64,000 bases of DNA from a phage, in the sequence record OZ346167.1; one strand, 5' to 3'. Shown piece by piece: positions 1 to 10,613 of the stretch. Below the pieces are notes generated by a model that saw nothing but the letters and a program-made list of their open reading frames with translations, made no database searches and had not been told where the DNA came from. The position numbers and the translations under genes were made by a program. Numbering within the stretch: the stretch's first letter is position 1; each line of letters opens with the position of its first letter.

Positions 1-1602
1 ATGGACTTAAATGCTGTTAAGCAGAAGCGAGTGGAAGATGTTAGGAAAGTCCTAGCTGGAGAGTTGGGGCTTTCTGATGAAGTAAAAGAAATTATTAAAT
101 CATTCGGTAAAGACCCCTCTAAATTCCTTCCAACTCAAATTCTGACTTTATTAAGATACACACCAGACCAAGTTCGCCTTATCTTTAAATTGATGACTGA
201 TAAGAACTATGTAGCCCCTCAGCCGGGTTCTCAAGAGGTCTTTTTAAATACTAATGCTGACTTGGTTCTCTATGGTGGTGCTGCTGGTGCTGGTAAGACT
301 GCCGCATTGTTAATGGACTCTTTAAGATTTATTGAAGACCCTAACTATAATGCTGTATATTTCCGTCGAAATACAACACAGTTACAAGGTGGTTTATGGC
401 CTGCTGCAAAGAAACTATTTGGTAAGTTTGGTGGGATTCCTCACGAGCAGAAAATGACTATCACATTCCCTTCTGGGGCAACTATCAAGTTTACCTACCT
501 AGAACTTGAAAAGCACGCTGAAGGTCATCAGGGTATTGAATACTCAGCTATTTACTTTGACGAAGGTACACACTTCTCTGCTTCACAGATTTCATACCTA
601 CAAACCCGTCTACGTTCTGGTGCTGAAGGCGATTCATACATGAAGATTTCCATGAACCCAGACAGAGACCACTTTATTTACGATTGGGTAGAGCCATTCT
701 TAGATGAAGAAGGCTACCCAGACCCTGAAAAATGTGGTCGTATTCGTTGGTATGTAATGAACGATGGCGTGATGGTTTCTGATTGGGAGAGAGACAAGAT
801 TCTTGAAATGTTCCCCCTTGAGATTCCTCAAACATACACCTTTATTTCTGGTACGATTGATGATAACCCAATCCTTGACTTCTTAGAGCCTAAGTACCGT
901 GGTAAGTTGGAAAACAACACTCCTGTAAACGTTGCAAGACTTCGTTTCGGTAACTGGAAGGCTCGTGCAGAAGGTTCAAACTATTGGCAAAGACAATGGT
1001 GTGAAATTGTTGATTCACTCCCAGAAGATGTATTTGATGTTAGAGCATGGGACTTAGCAGCAACTTTACCATCTGAGATTAACCCTAATCCAGACTGGAC
1101 AGCAGGTGTTAAGATGGGTAAATCTAAAAAAGACGGTTGCTATTATATCATTGATGTAGTAAGATTTAGAGATAGACCCTCTGGAGTCGAAACACAAATT
1201 AATTTGACTGCTGAAAGTGACGGTAAGCGAACTGGTATTTTTATCCCTCAAGACCCAGGCGCTGCTGGTAAATCCTACGCAACATCCCTCATCAGGAAAC
1301 TTGCCGAGAAAGGTTATCGAGCAAGAGCCAAACCAACAAATAAAGATAAAGTTACCCGCTTTGCGGGATTTTCTGCTGCTTCTGAAGCTGGACTTGTAAA
1401 AGTCTTGAGAGGTAGTTGGAATGAAGCTTACTTTCAAGAACTTGAAGGCTTTTGTGGTGACGGTAAAACTAAAGATGACCAAGTGGATGCTACCAGTGAT
1501 GCTTTCAACAGTCTTAACGAAGTTAAATTATTCAAGCCACCATCAATGGGTGCTCACACAGATTTAGTGAGAGGAAACCCATATGAGGGGCTTAGACGTT
1601 GA
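1..1602 (+). CDS. terL: terminase large subunit (ATPase + nuclease); N-terminus may extend beyond window edge
   Basis: 533-aa ORF; Walker A-like LYGGAAGAGKT; immediately upstream of portal-sized gene; acidic residues in C-terminal half consistent with nuclease domain. Confidence 0.75.
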   Translation: MDLNAVKQKRVEDVRKVLAGELGLSDEVKEIIKSFGKDPSKFLPTQILTLLRYTPDQVRLIFKLMTDKNYVAPQPGSQEVFLNTNADLVLYGGAAGAGKTAALLMDSLRFIEDPNYNAVYFRRNTTQLQGGLWPAAKKLFGKFGGIPHEQKMTITFPSGATIKFTYLELEKHAEGHQGIEYSAIYFDEGTHFSASQISYLQTRLRSGAEGDSYMKISMNPDRDHFIYDWVEPFLDEEGYPDPEKCGRIRWYVMNDGVMVSDWERDKILEMFPLEIPQTYTFISGTIDDNPILDFLEPKYRGKLENNTPVNVARLRFGNWKARAEGSNYWQRQWCEIVDSLPEDVFDVRAWDLAATLPSEINPNPDWTAGVKMGKSKKDGCYYIIDVVRFRDRPSGVETQINLTAESDGKRTGIFIPQDPGAAGKSYATSLIRKLAEKGYRARAKPTNKDKVTRFAGFSAASEAGLVKVLRGSWNEAYFQELEGFCGDGKTKDDQVDATSDAFNSLNEVKLFKPPSMGAHTDLVRGNPYEGLRR

Positions 1603-1609
1603 TAGCTAG

Positions 1610-3085
1610 GTGAGAAGAATGGCAGATATTACAGAAACACAAGAAAGCTTACCACCATTTAGAATGGGTGAAGTAGGTTCTTTGGGTCTGAAGGTTAAGA
1701 ATGGAAGAATCTATGAAGAACCTCGTCAGGCACTAAGGTTCCCTGAAAGTATTAAAACTTTCCAATTAATGATGCGTGACCCTGCTGTAGCAGCATCTGT
1801 AAATATTATTAAGATGTTTGTCAGAAAAGTCAACTGGAGATTCGTACCTCCAAAGGGAAAAGAGCAAGACCCTAAAATGCTTGAAAGAGCAGACTTCTTT
1901 AATTCTTTAATGGATGACATGGAGCATGATTGGGCAGATTTTATTAATTCTGTAATGTCATTCTGCACTTATGGGTTCTGTGTTAACGAGAAAGTTTATA
2001 AGAAGCGACAGGGTAAAAAAGGAAAGTACCAGTCAAAATTTGATGATGGTCTAATTGGATGGGCTAAATTACCAATCAGAAACCAATCAACACTTGATAA
2101 GTGGTATTTTGACGAAGACTTTAGAAAAGTTACTGGTGTTAGACAGAATCTGAGAAATGTTTCACATATTGCTGGAGCAATTAATCTCGGAGAAAGGCCA
2201 CTAACAAGAAAACTTCCACGAGCTAAATTCATGCTGTTTAAGTATGATGATGAATATGGAAACCCAGAAGGTCGTTCACCATTACTTAATGCCTATGTAC
2301 CGTGGAAGTATAAAGTTCAGATTGAAGAGTACGAAGCCGTTGGTGTTTCAAGAGACTTGGTAGGTATGCCAAAGATTGGTTTACCACCAGATTATCTGGA
2401 TGAAAATGCAGAACCTGAAAAAAAAGCTTTCGTACAATACTGCAAAACTGTTGTTAACGATATGATTGCTAATGATAGAGCAGGTTTAATCTGGCCTAGA
2501 TATATCGACCCAGATACTAAAGAGGATATTTTCGAGTTCTCATTAGTTTCTAGACAGGGTGCTAAAGCATACGATACAGGTTCTATTATTGACAGATATT
2601 CCAAGCAGATTATGATGGCATTTATGTCAGATGTTCTTGCTATGGGTCAGTCAAAATATGGTTCATTCTCTCTTGCAGATTCTAAGACAAGCTTACTAGC
2701 AATGTCGGTAGATATCCTGCTGAAGCAAATTAAGAATGTAATTAACCGTGATTTAGTTGCACAGACTTATGCTCTTAATATGTGGGACGATGAAGAACAT
2801 GTACAAATCACTTATGATGATATCGAAACTCCAGACCTTGAAGCAATTGGTTCTTATATCCAGAAGACTGTTGCAGTAGGTGCTTTGGAAGTTGACAAAG
2901 AGCTATCTAACAAACTTAGAGAGCATATTGGTCTTCCTCCTGCTGATGAGTCTCAGCCAGTATCTGAAAAGCTTTCTCCAAATAGCCAAAGCCGTTCAGG
3001 AGATGGTTATAAGACCGCTGGAGAAGGTACTGCAAAGACACCTTCAGCGAAAGACCCAAGCACAGCAAATAAGGCAAATAAATAA
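1610..3085 (+). CDS. portal protein
   Basis: 491-aa ORF directly after terminase and before protease/capsid genes; call by gene order and size only. Confidence 0.6.
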   Translation: MRRMADITETQESLPPFRMGEVGSLGLKVKNGRIYEEPRQALRFPESIKTFQLMMRDPAVAASVNIIKMFVRKVNWRFVPPKGKEQDPKMLERADFFNSLMDDMEHDWADFINSVMSFCTYGFCVNEKVYKKRQGKKGKYQSKFDDGLIGWAKLPIRNQSTLDKWYFDEDFRKVTGVRQNLRNVSHIAGAINLGERPLTRKLPRAKFMLFKYDDEYGNPEGRSPLLNAYVPWKYKVQIEEYEAVGVSRDLVGMPKIGLPPDYLDENAEPEKKAFVQYCKTVVNDMIANDRAGLIWPRYIDPDTKEDIFEFSLVSRQGAKAYDTGSIIDRYSKQIMMAFMSDVLAMGQSKYGSFSLADSKTSLLAMSVDILLKQIKNVINRDLVAQTYALNMWDDEEHVQITYDDIETPDLEAIGSYIQKTVAVGALEVDKELSNKLREHIGLPPADESQPVSEKLSPNSQSRSGDGYKTAGEGTAKTPSAKDPSTANKANK

Positions 3086-3585
3086 TGGCTGAAGTTATCT
3101 CTATTTCAAATGCTACACGAGTGCATTCGTATAGGGGTGTTCTTATCATTACTGACAAATTATCTGTAGAGGTTGGCTCAAGGGTCAGCCTTTCAGGTTA
3201 TGTTAGTGATGGTGGAATCTCTGACGTTTTCACTATTTGCAGGTTACTTGATGCACCAATGAGTGGAAAACCGTTTATTTCAGGAAATTGTAGTGAAATT
3301 GTTAAAATTCCATTTGACAGTTCATGCCTTTTGGGTGTAAAGTTATATAACTGCGAGAATAAACGTATCAATGTTAATAGCATTGAAGCCGCTTTCATTA
3401 CCCTCGATACTGCATTTCAATCTCCAATGACAGTTAATAAAGAAACAAACAGACTTGAATACATTTTTTCACAAAATGATTACAAAGTACTTGTCAAAGG
3501 TAAAGTATATGATATGATTGTAAATGTGGTAGATGAATCTGGTAACCATTCAACAGTCCTTAAACAAAAAGTAAGGTTTAATTAA
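3085..3585 (+). CDS. hypothetical head-module protein
   Basis: 166-aa ORF, start overlaps portal stop (translational coupling); no recognisable motif. Confidence 0.4.
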   Translation: MAEVISISNATRVHSYRGVLIITDKLSVEVGSRVSLSGYVSDGGISDVFTICRLLDAPMSGKPFISGNCSEIVKIPFDSSCLLGVKLYNCENKRINVNSIEAAFITLDTAFQSPMTVNKETNRLEYIFSQNDYKVLVKGKVYDMIVNVVDESGNHSTVLKQKVRFN

Positions 3586-3917
3586 TGGGAACATTAACTA
3601 TTGATGGTAAGAATAAAATCCTCGCCACGCTAACCCCAACGACTATTATTTTACACAATGTAGACCCAACGGCAGACCCTACAGCAAATAAGGTTACTCA
3701 GCCAGTGGCTATTTATTTTTCTGAACCGGATAATGGCTTAATTGCCTCAGAAGACACAGTTAATATTACTGTCCCAGCTTCTGCAACGGTCTCACACTAT
3801 AGCTTGTGGGATGCTAACGATAAATGCGTGGCAACTGGTGCTCTTAGCAAACCTCAATTCTTTGCTGAAGAAGGTATCTATGTTATCTCTTCAGTCTCTG
3901 TAGATTTAAACAAATAG
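3585..3917 (+). CDS. hypothetical protein
   Basis: 110-aa ORF tightly packed in head module. Confidence 0.4.
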   Translation: MGTLTIDGKNKILATLTPTTIILHNVDPTADPTANKVTQPVAIYFSEPDNGLIASEDTVNITVPASATVSHYSLWDANDKCVATGALSKPQFFAEEGIYVISSVSVDLNK

Positions 3918-3928
3918 GGTGAGTAAAA

Positions 3929-5275
3929 ATGAGTTCGAATATCTTCAGACTTGCTGATAGATTATTCAACCAACCTTTACTAGCCACTGAATCATTAGCT
4001 CACTCAGCAGCAACTTATGTGAATAACAGATTGCTGGGTGATGTCCAAGCAGCAGTAAACTTTGATAAACCTAAAGGTGAAGCAAGAAGTCTTTTAAAAG
4101 TAAAAGATGATATTGCTATTATCCCTATTATGGGTGGCTTAACCCATCGTATGACATTCATTGATGCAATGTGCACAGGTGGTTTAAGTTCTTATGAAGG
4201 TTTACGCAGAGTCTTTGACGAAGCTTTAGCAGATGAGTCAATTAAGACTATTGTTCTGCACATTGATTCTGGTGGTGGTGAAGCTTCAGGTTGCTTTGAA
4301 TTAGCACGTCACATTATGGCTTCAAGAGGCCAAAAGAAAATTATTGCTTATGTAGATGAGTTCGCTTGTTCCGCTGCATATGCTCTTGCATCTTCTGCTG
4401 AAGAAATTATTGCATCACCAGATGCAGATGTTGGTTCTATTGGTGTAATCATGGTTCATCAGGAATTAACTAAGGCATTTGAAAAGAATGGCGTAACAAT
4501 TAACGTCATCAAAGCTGGTGAGTTTAAAGGTATGGGTTCACCATTCCAAGCACTTTCAGAAGAAAGCAAAGAAAGACTTCAAAAGAGAATTAATGATACC
4601 TACGCAACCTTTACAGGTTTTGTAGCTGAATCTCGTAATCTCTCTGAAGAAGCTGTAAAGAATACTGAGGCGAATGTTTATTCTGCTCAGGAAGCTCTTG
4701 AACTTGGTTTAATTAACTCAATCATGTCTCAAGATGATTTCTTAAATTACTTACAAGGTTCTGAAGAGGCTCCTGTAAGTTTAAACGTTAACAATTCAGG
4801 TGAAGAAATGACTGAACAAGAAAAGCAAGAACTAGAAGCTTTGCGTCTTCAGGTTGCTCAAATGAAAGCTAAAGAACAGGAAGCTGCTTTGTCAGATTTG
4901 ACTAATAAGATTTCTGCTTCTGCTGAAGCTTTTGGATTTGATGCAAAAGAAGCTGCAACGACTATTTTAGGTGCTGGTCTTGATAACCCTCTGAGTGTTC
5001 TGTTTATGAATGCTATGGAAGGTGCTAACCAGAAACTTAATGAAACTATCGCGTCCCATGCTTCTGCAATGGAAGAAAAAGAATCAGAAATTACCAAGCT
5101 GAAAGAAACTGCTGGTGCTGTTCTTGAACATTCCAACGCTATGGAAGAAATGGGTAATGACGGCGAAGCTGATTTGGTTGAAGAAGAAAAAGAACCAGCT
5201 AAGAATGCTTCCGAAGACACCGCTGAACAACGCAAACTGGCTCTCCAGAATGCTCTAAAATCTCTTATCAAATAA
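3929..5275 (+). CDS. prohead protease (S49/ClpP-like) fused to scaffold-like coiled-coil region
   Basis: motif IHIDSGGGEASG typical of S49/ClpP-type serine peptidases; C-terminal third is charged, alanine/glutamate-rich (scaffold-like); lies between portal and capsid genes. Confidence 0.6.
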   Translation: MSSNIFRLADRLFNQPLLATESLAHSAATYVNNRLLGDVQAAVNFDKPKGEARSLLKVKDDIAIIPIMGGLTHRMTFIDAMCTGGLSSYEGLRRVFDEALADESIKTIVLHIDSGGGEASGCFELARHIMASRGQKKIIAYVDEFACSAAYALASSAEEIIASPDADVGSIGVIMVHQELTKAFEKNGVTINVIKAGEFKGMGSPFQALSEESKERLQKRINDTYATFTGFVAESRNLSEEAVKNTEANVYSAQEALELGLINSIMSQDDFLNYLQGSEEAPVSLNVNNSGEEMTEQEKQELEALRLQVAQMKAKEQEAALSDLTNKISASAEAFGFDAKEAATTILGAGLDNPLSVLFMNAMEGANQKLNETIASHASAMEEKESEITKLKETAGAVLEHSNAMEEMGNDGEADLVEEEKEPAKNASEDTAEQRKLALQNALKSLIK

Positions 5276-5286
5276 GGAACACAATA

Positions 5287-5664
5287 ATGGCATATCAAGG
5301 TTTTACTAAGTTAGGTAAAAGAGAACCTCTGAATGATATCATTCTTTGGGAACAGGTTACCCCAACAGGCCACTCTCGTAAAGAGTACACTCCACAGGCA
5401 TCTACAGAATATCGTGTAGGTGAAGTTCTGAAGGAAGACGGTACTAAAGTCGCAGCAGGGGAAGAAGCTCAGGCTGATTCTGTATGTATCGTTAACTTTT
5501 ATTCAGACCTGCAACCGTCTTACCACGGTCAGTTGAAAGTTGTTGGTATTTACCGTGACGCAGAACTGAAAGACATGCTTACTCTTGAGTCTAGTGTTAA
5601 TGCTGAGAACGTCAAGAAAGCTCTGGCTGCTAAAGGTATTGATTTCGTATCAACTGGCCTGTAA
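5287..5664 (+). CDS. hypothetical head protein (possible decoration protein)
   Basis: 125-aa ORF immediately upstream of major capsid gene. Confidence 0.35.
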   Translation: MAYQGFTKLGKREPLNDIILWEQVTPTGHSRKEYTPQASTEYRVGEVLKEDGTKVAAGEEAQADSVCIVNFYSDLQPSYHGQLKVVGIYRDAELKDMLTLESSVNAENVKKALAAKGIDFVSTGL

Positions 5665-5697
5665 TAACAATAATAAGACATTCTGGAGAATTTTACA

Positions 5698-6801
5698 ATG
5701 TTGACTAATTCTGAAAAAAGCAGATTTTTCCTTGCTGACCTGACTGGTGAAGTCCAGTCTATCCCAAATACTTATGGGTATATTTCCAACTTAGGTCTGT
5801 TCCGTTCAGCACCAATCACCCAAACTACTTTCCTTATGGACTTGACTGATTGGGATGTTAGCTTGCTTGATGCGGTAGACCGTGATAGCCGTAAAGCAGA
5901 GACTAGCGCACCTGAGCGTGTTCGTCAAATCAGCTTCCCAATGATGTACTTCAAAGAAGTTGAAAGCATCACTCCTGATGAAATTCAGGGTGTACGTCAG
6001 CCAGGCACTGCAAACGAACTGACTACTGAAGCTGTAGTACGTGCTAAGAAGCTGATGAAGATTCGTACCAAGTTCGATATTACTCGTGAGTTCCTGTTTA
6101 TGCAAGCTCTGAAGGGTAAAGTTGTTGATGCTCGTGGTACTCTGTATGCTGACCTGTACAAGCAGTTCGACGTTGAGAAGAAAACTGTTTACTTCGACCT
6201 TGACAACCCTAATGCTGACATCGATGCTGCTATTGAAGAACTGCGTATGCACATGGAAGACGAAGCTAAGACTGGCACTGTAATCAACGGTGAAGAAATT
6301 CACGTAGTTGTTGACCGTGTATTCTTCAGCAAACTGGTTAAGCACCCTAAGATTCGTGACGCTTATCTTGCACAGCAGACTCCACTGGCTTGGCAACAGA
6401 TTACTGGTTCTCTGAGAACTGGTGGTACTGACGGCGTTCAGGCTCACATGAACACCTTCTACTACGGTGGTGTTAAGTTTGTCCAGTACAACGGTAAGTT
6501 CAAAGACAAGCGTGGTAAGGTTCATACTCTGGTGAGCATTGATGGTGCTGGTGCAGAGGTTGGTGTAGGACACGCTTTCCCTAACGTTTCTATGCTTGGT
6601 GAAGCAAACAACATCTTCGAAGTGGCTTATGGTCCATGTCCTAAGATGGGTTACGCAAATACACTTGGTCAGGAACTGTACGTATTCGAATATGAAAAAG
6701 ACCGTGACGAAGGTATTGACTTCGAAGCTCACTCTTACATGCTGCCATACTGTACTCGTCCTCAGTTGCTGGTAGATGTTCGTGCTGACGCTAAAGACTA
6801 A
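5698..6801 (+). CDS. major capsid protein
   Basis: 367-aa ORF after protease/scaffold; strong RBS (GGAG) upstream; gene order. Confidence 0.55.
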   Translation: MLTNSEKSRFFLADLTGEVQSIPNTYGYISNLGLFRSAPITQTTFLMDLTDWDVSLLDAVDRDSRKAETSAPERVRQISFPMMYFKEVESITPDEIQGVRQPGTANELTTEAVVRAKKLMKIRTKFDITREFLFMQALKGKVVDARGTLYADLYKQFDVEKKTVYFDLDNPNADIDAAIEELRMHMEDEAKTGTVINGEEIHVVVDRVFFSKLVKHPKIRDAYLAQQTPLAWQQITGSLRTGGTDGVQAHMNTFYYGGVKFVQYNGKFKDKRGKVHTLVSIDGAGAEVGVGHAFPNVSMLGEANNIFEVAYGPCPKMGYANTLGQELYVFEYEKDRDEGIDFEAHSYMLPYCTRPQLLVDVRADAKD

Positions 6802-6822
6802 TATTCTTAAGGAGGGTTATGA

Positions 6823-7272
6823 ATGTGTTATACAGGCGACCCAGCCAATAACCCTCTTGATAGAGTAAGAATCCTCTGCACAGACACCAATAATGATGAA
6901 ATTCTTATTGAACAGTCTGTGCTAGAGTGGTTCTATCTAGAATCTGGAAAGGATGAAAAGAAAGCAGCCATCAAAGCTCTTAAATATTTACTCTTTCAAG
7001 TAGCCAAGATGGGAGATGAGAAGGTTGGTGGTGTTTATTTACGTAACTCTTCCAGATTCAAATCTCTGAAAGCTGTTTATGACGACCTTGTTAAAAGCTC
7101 TGTTTCAGGACTACCCTATGCAGGTGGTATTAATCAGTGTGACATTGATATGCGTCGTCAGAATCCTTGCTCTGTCAAGAAATACACAGAATATGGTGAT
7201 GCTGCCAGATACGAAGGCAGAGATTACTGCAACCGTGTTAATGGCGTATTTATTATCGAGCGAGATGAATAA
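6823..7272 (+). CDS. head-tail connector/adaptor candidate
   Basis: 149-aa ORF between capsid and tail genes; position only. Confidence 0.35.
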   Translation: MCYTGDPANNPLDRVRILCTDTNNDEILIEQSVLEWFYLESGKDEKKAAIKALKYLLFQVAKMGDEKVGGVYLRNSSRFKSLKAVYDDLVKSSVSGLPYAGGINQCDIDMRRQNPCSVKKYTEYGDAARYEGRDYCNRVNGVFIIERDE

Positions 7273-7754
7273 TGGTTAAAAGGGTTATTCACCCCGCTAG
7301 AGCAAAATTAGTCGGGGCTATGAAGAACTTGCAAACGGCTAATGCTCAAGTTGGGTATTTTCAAGAACAAGGTCAACATAGCTCTGGTTTTTCTTATCCT
7401 GCTTTAATGTATTTACAAGAAGTTATTGGGGTTCCTTCAGCTTCTGGTAAAGTATATCGTAGGTTGTTTGAAATCACTATGATGCTAAACAGACAGACCT
7501 TGTTAGAGCAGACTAAGAAGAATCTATATAAGCAACTTAGCAGTCTCAACGTAGACCCCTCAGATACCTTAGAAGCATTTGCAAAGAATGCTCAAAAGGC
7601 AATTAAAAGAGGTTTTGGTAATTCTGCTATCCTCCCTCCTAACGCACCTTCCACAGTCAAGAAAAAAGGCTTTAATGCACCTCTTGTTGAGACAGGTGAC
7701 TTAAGGGATAACCTTGCTTATAAAATTTCTACTAAGAAGGGTATTAAGAAATGA
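7272..7754 (+). CDS. head closure / neck protein candidate
   Basis: 160-aa ORF, overlapping start/stop with neighbours; position only. Confidence 0.35.
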   Translation: MVKRVIHPARAKLVGAMKNLQTANAQVGYFQEQGQHSSGFSYPALMYLQEVIGVPSASGKVYRRLFEITMMLNRQTLLEQTKKNLYKQLSSLNVDPSDTLEAFAKNAQKAIKRGFGNSAILPPNAPSTVKKKGFNAPLVETGDLRDNLAYKISTKKGIKK

Positions 7755-8152
7755 GACTCTTAAACAGACACAGCTTTGTAGTAAAGCGTAAAGTCTCTGA
7801 AGACGGTTATTATAATGATGATGGTGATTGGGTAGCTTCACAAGATATTGTAGAGGTTAACTGTAAAGGTAATATCCAGCCATATATCAAAGGTTCTGTA
7901 AAGAATGGTACACAGATTGCTTTACCGGAAGGTATCAGGCTTACCGATACAAGAATCCTGTATACCACATATAGACTTAGAACTTCAGATGATGTAGAGT
8001 GGAATGAGTCTGATATTGTTATGATTGATGGTCATGAGTATGAAGTATTTATGACTATGGATTGGTCACAGCAATTAGCCCATACATCCCATTATGAATA
8101 TATCATTATTAGAAGGGATAAAATGAATGCAGTTAGAAACAGCAGAACTTGA
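7751..8152 (+). CDS. neck / tail completion protein candidate
   Basis: 133-aa ORF; position only. Confidence 0.35.
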   Translation: MRLLNRHSFVVKRKVSEDGYYNDDGDWVASQDIVEVNCKGNIQPYIKGSVKNGTQIALPEGIRLTDTRILYTTYRLRTSDDVEWNESDIVMIDGHEYEVFMTMDWSQQLAHTSHYEYIIIRRDKMNAVRNSRT

Positions 8153-8726
8153 AAAAGGTCTAGTTAGAACCTTAGTGGGTGTTATTGGTCACAGACTAGC
8201 TCGTGATAAAAATAATAGACCAAATGTAATTAGAGCTTACCCTTCTGATAACTCAAATGACAAAGGTTTAAAACCTGACCAGCCATTTATTACCGTATAT
8301 TGTCAAGATGCTGCAACACCTTATGGTTGGGTTCTTGATAAGTTTGTTGAGGATGATGTAGTTTGCTACAGAATTGCTTTTCAGATTCCAGTATTAATTA
8401 CGGTGAATGGTAAAGGTGCTCACAGTATTATGCTTGAGCTTAAACAACGATTAGAGATGAGTTCAGTCAGAGATTTAATCCTTGAAGAAACAGGAGCTAC
8501 AGTACTAGACACTGGAGCTATCCCGAATGACTATACTTATCTCAATACAGATTTCGAAAATTCTGCACCTCTTGTTGTAACTCTTGTAAAAAACTCAGTC
8601 CTGAAGGATGAACGTGGAAGTATTATTGAGCGTGTCATTGTTGATGGTGAGTTGGTTTATGAAGAAGGGCAAGAGCCACCAGAATATACTATCCATCTAG
8701 AAGTAGACTCCAAAGGGGTAAAATAA
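8127..8726 (+). CDS. tail terminator / neck protein candidate
   Basis: 199-aa ORF immediately upstream of sheath-sized gene. Confidence 0.35.
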   Translation: MQLETAELEKGLVRTLVGVIGHRLARDKNNRPNVIRAYPSDNSNDKGLKPDQPFITVYCQDAATPYGWVLDKFVEDDVVCYRIAFQIPVLITVNGKGAHSIMLELKQRLEMSSVRDLILEETGATVLDTGAIPNDYTYLNTDFENSAPLVVTLVKNSVLKDERGSIIERVIVDGELVYEEGQEPPEYTIHLEVDSKGVK

Positions 8727-10079
8727 ATGTGGAATCCAATTGTTAATGTAGATATTACATTGAACACCGCAGGAACTACAAGAGAAGGTTTTGGTTTGCC
8801 ACTATTCTTAGCTTCAACAGATAACTTTGAAGAAAGAGTACGTGGTTACACTTCCTTAACTGAAGTTGCTGAAGATTTCGATGAGAATACTGCTGCATAT
8901 AAGGCTGCTAAACAACTTTGGAGTCAGACTCCTAAAGTAACTCAGCTTTATATCGGTAGACGCGCTATGCAGTACACTGTATCAATTCCTGATGCCGTTA
9001 CCGAAAGTACAGACTACTCAATTACTGTAGCTGTTGGCGGTGGAATTTCTCAACCATACCAGTACACAGCACAAGATTCAGACACTGCTGAGGTAGTGTT
9101 GCAACAGTTTAAAACACAGATTGAAGCTGACCCAACAATCAAAGATAAGGTTTCTGTGAATGTAACTGGTAGCAATGGCTCTGCCACAATGATTATTACC
9201 AAAGCTGGTGATAATGACTTTGTGAAAGTAACAACCACAGCACAGACTGTATATATTGCAAGTACAACTGCTGATACAGCAGCAACTGCTCTGGCAGCTA
9301 TCGAAGCTTACTCTACTGACTGGTATTTCATTGCAGCAGAAGACAGAACTCAACAGTTTGTCTTAGCAATGGCTTCTGAGATTCAGGCTCGTAAGAAAAT
9401 CTTCTTTACGGCTAACTCCGATGTAACAGCCCTACAAGGTACAGAATTAGCCAGTGCAAATGATGTTCCAGCACAGCTTGCTAAGAATATGTACACTCGC
9501 ACAGTTTGCTTGTGGCATCACGCAGCAGCAGAAGATTATCCAGAGATGGCATACATTGCTTATGGTGCTCCATATGATGCAGGCTCAATTGCTTGGGGTA
9601 ATGCTCAGCTAACTGGCGTAGTAGCTTCTCTACAACCATCTAATCAGAGACCTCTGACAAGTATTCAGAAGTCTGCTTTAGATGTTCGTCACTGTAACTT
9701 TATTGACCTTGATGGTGGTGTTCCAGTGGTTCGTAGAGGGATTACTTCTGGTGGGGAATGGATTGATATCGTCCGTGGTGTTGACTGGTTAGAATCAGAC
9801 CTGAAAACTTCTCTGAGAGACTTGCTAATTAACCAGAAGGGTGGTAAGATTACTTATGATGATACTGGTATTACCCGTATTCGTCAAGTCATTGAAACCT
9901 CTCTGCAAAGAGCAGTCAACAGAAACTTCCTGTCATCTTACACAGTTAATGTTCCTAAAGCCTCTCAAGTTGCTTTAGCAGACAAGAAAGCACGTATCCT
10001 GAAAGATGTTACCTTCGCAGGTATCTTAGCAGGGGCTATCTTGGATGTTGACTTGAAAGGTACAGTGGCTTACGAATAA
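8727..10079 (+). CDS. tail sheath protein
   Basis: 450-aa ORF followed by 148-aa tube-sized ORF and a strong terminator; contractile tail inferred from gp25-like and J-like baseplate genes downstream. Confidence 0.5.
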   Translation: MWNPIVNVDITLNTAGTTREGFGLPLFLASTDNFEERVRGYTSLTEVAEDFDENTAAYKAAKQLWSQTPKVTQLYIGRRAMQYTVSIPDAVTESTDYSITVAVGGGISQPYQYTAQDSDTAEVVLQQFKTQIEADPTIKDKVSVNVTGSNGSATMIITKAGDNDFVKVTTTAQTVYIASTTADTAATALAAIEAYSTDWYFIAAEDRTQQFVLAMASEIQARKKIFFTANSDVTALQGTELASANDVPAQLAKNMYTRTVCLWHHAAAEDYPEMAYIAYGAPYDAGSIAWGNAQLTGVVASLQPSNQRPLTSIQKSALDVRHCNFIDLDGGVPVVRRGITSGGEWIDIVRGVDWLESDLKTSLRDLLINQKGGKITYDDTGITRIRQVIETSLQRAVNRNFLSSYTVNVPKASQVALADKKARILKDVTFAGILAGAILDVDLKGTVAYE

Positions 10080-10094
10080 TAGAGGTAAATTGGA

Positions 10095-10541
10095 ATGGCT
10101 ATGTATCAGCAATATTCCCCTAAAGACGTTGTATGTAGCTGGAACGGCATTGCTATTGAAGGCTTTGCTCCAGACTCATTCTTGCGTCTACAGAGAACAT
10201 CACCACTTGTGACACCAGTTGTTGGTGCAGGTGGTCAGGTTGCTCTGACACGAAATGCAGACAAGACAGGTACTATTGAGATTGAGCTAATGCAGACTTC
10301 TCTCTCTAACCAGATGCTTTCTGCAATTCAAGCTAAACAAGACAATATGGAACTTGAAGAAGATATCTCTTCTAACTTCGTAATCTACGACCCATCAGGC
10401 TCTGTTCTGGCAACTGGTATTAACGCTTGGTTGCAGGAGTTACCACAGATTGAACTTGGTCGTGACCAGAACTCTAAAACTTGGATTTTTGGTTGTGAGA
10501 AGTTAGACTACACTTCTACAATTCCAGCGTCAAGTGTTTAA
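10095..10541 (+). CDS. tail tube protein
   Basis: 148-aa ORF after sheath gene, followed by intrinsic terminator. Confidence 0.5.
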   Translation: MAMYQQYSPKDVVCSWNGIAIEGFAPDSFLRLQRTSPLVTPVVGAGGQVALTRNADKTGTIEIELMQTSLSNQMLSAIQAKQDNMELEEDISSNFVIYDPSGSVLATGINAWLQELPQIELGRDQNSKTWIFGCEKLDYTSTIPASSV

Positions 10542-10553
10542 TAAATCCTATAA

Positions 10554-10590
10554 GGGGGAGACTTTAAAAGGTCTTCCCCTTTTTTGTTTC
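10554..10590 (+). terminator. rho-independent terminator after tail tube gene
   Basis: GGGGGAGAC-loop-GTCTTCCCC stem followed by TTTTTTG. Confidence 0.6.
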
Positions 10591-10613
10591 TTTTAAAGTA
10601 TTAAGGAATCACA

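Noticed and set aside
5806-6732. 308-aa ORF on the minus strand inside the major capsid gene
   Set aside because: Antisense to a well-supported + strand gene in a uniformly + strand module; translation is low-complexity (S/T/V/N-rich) with no RBS context. Same reasoning applies to other antisense track ORFs such as 1066-1482, 4858-5298, 18188-18715, 32345-33240 and 54045-54356.
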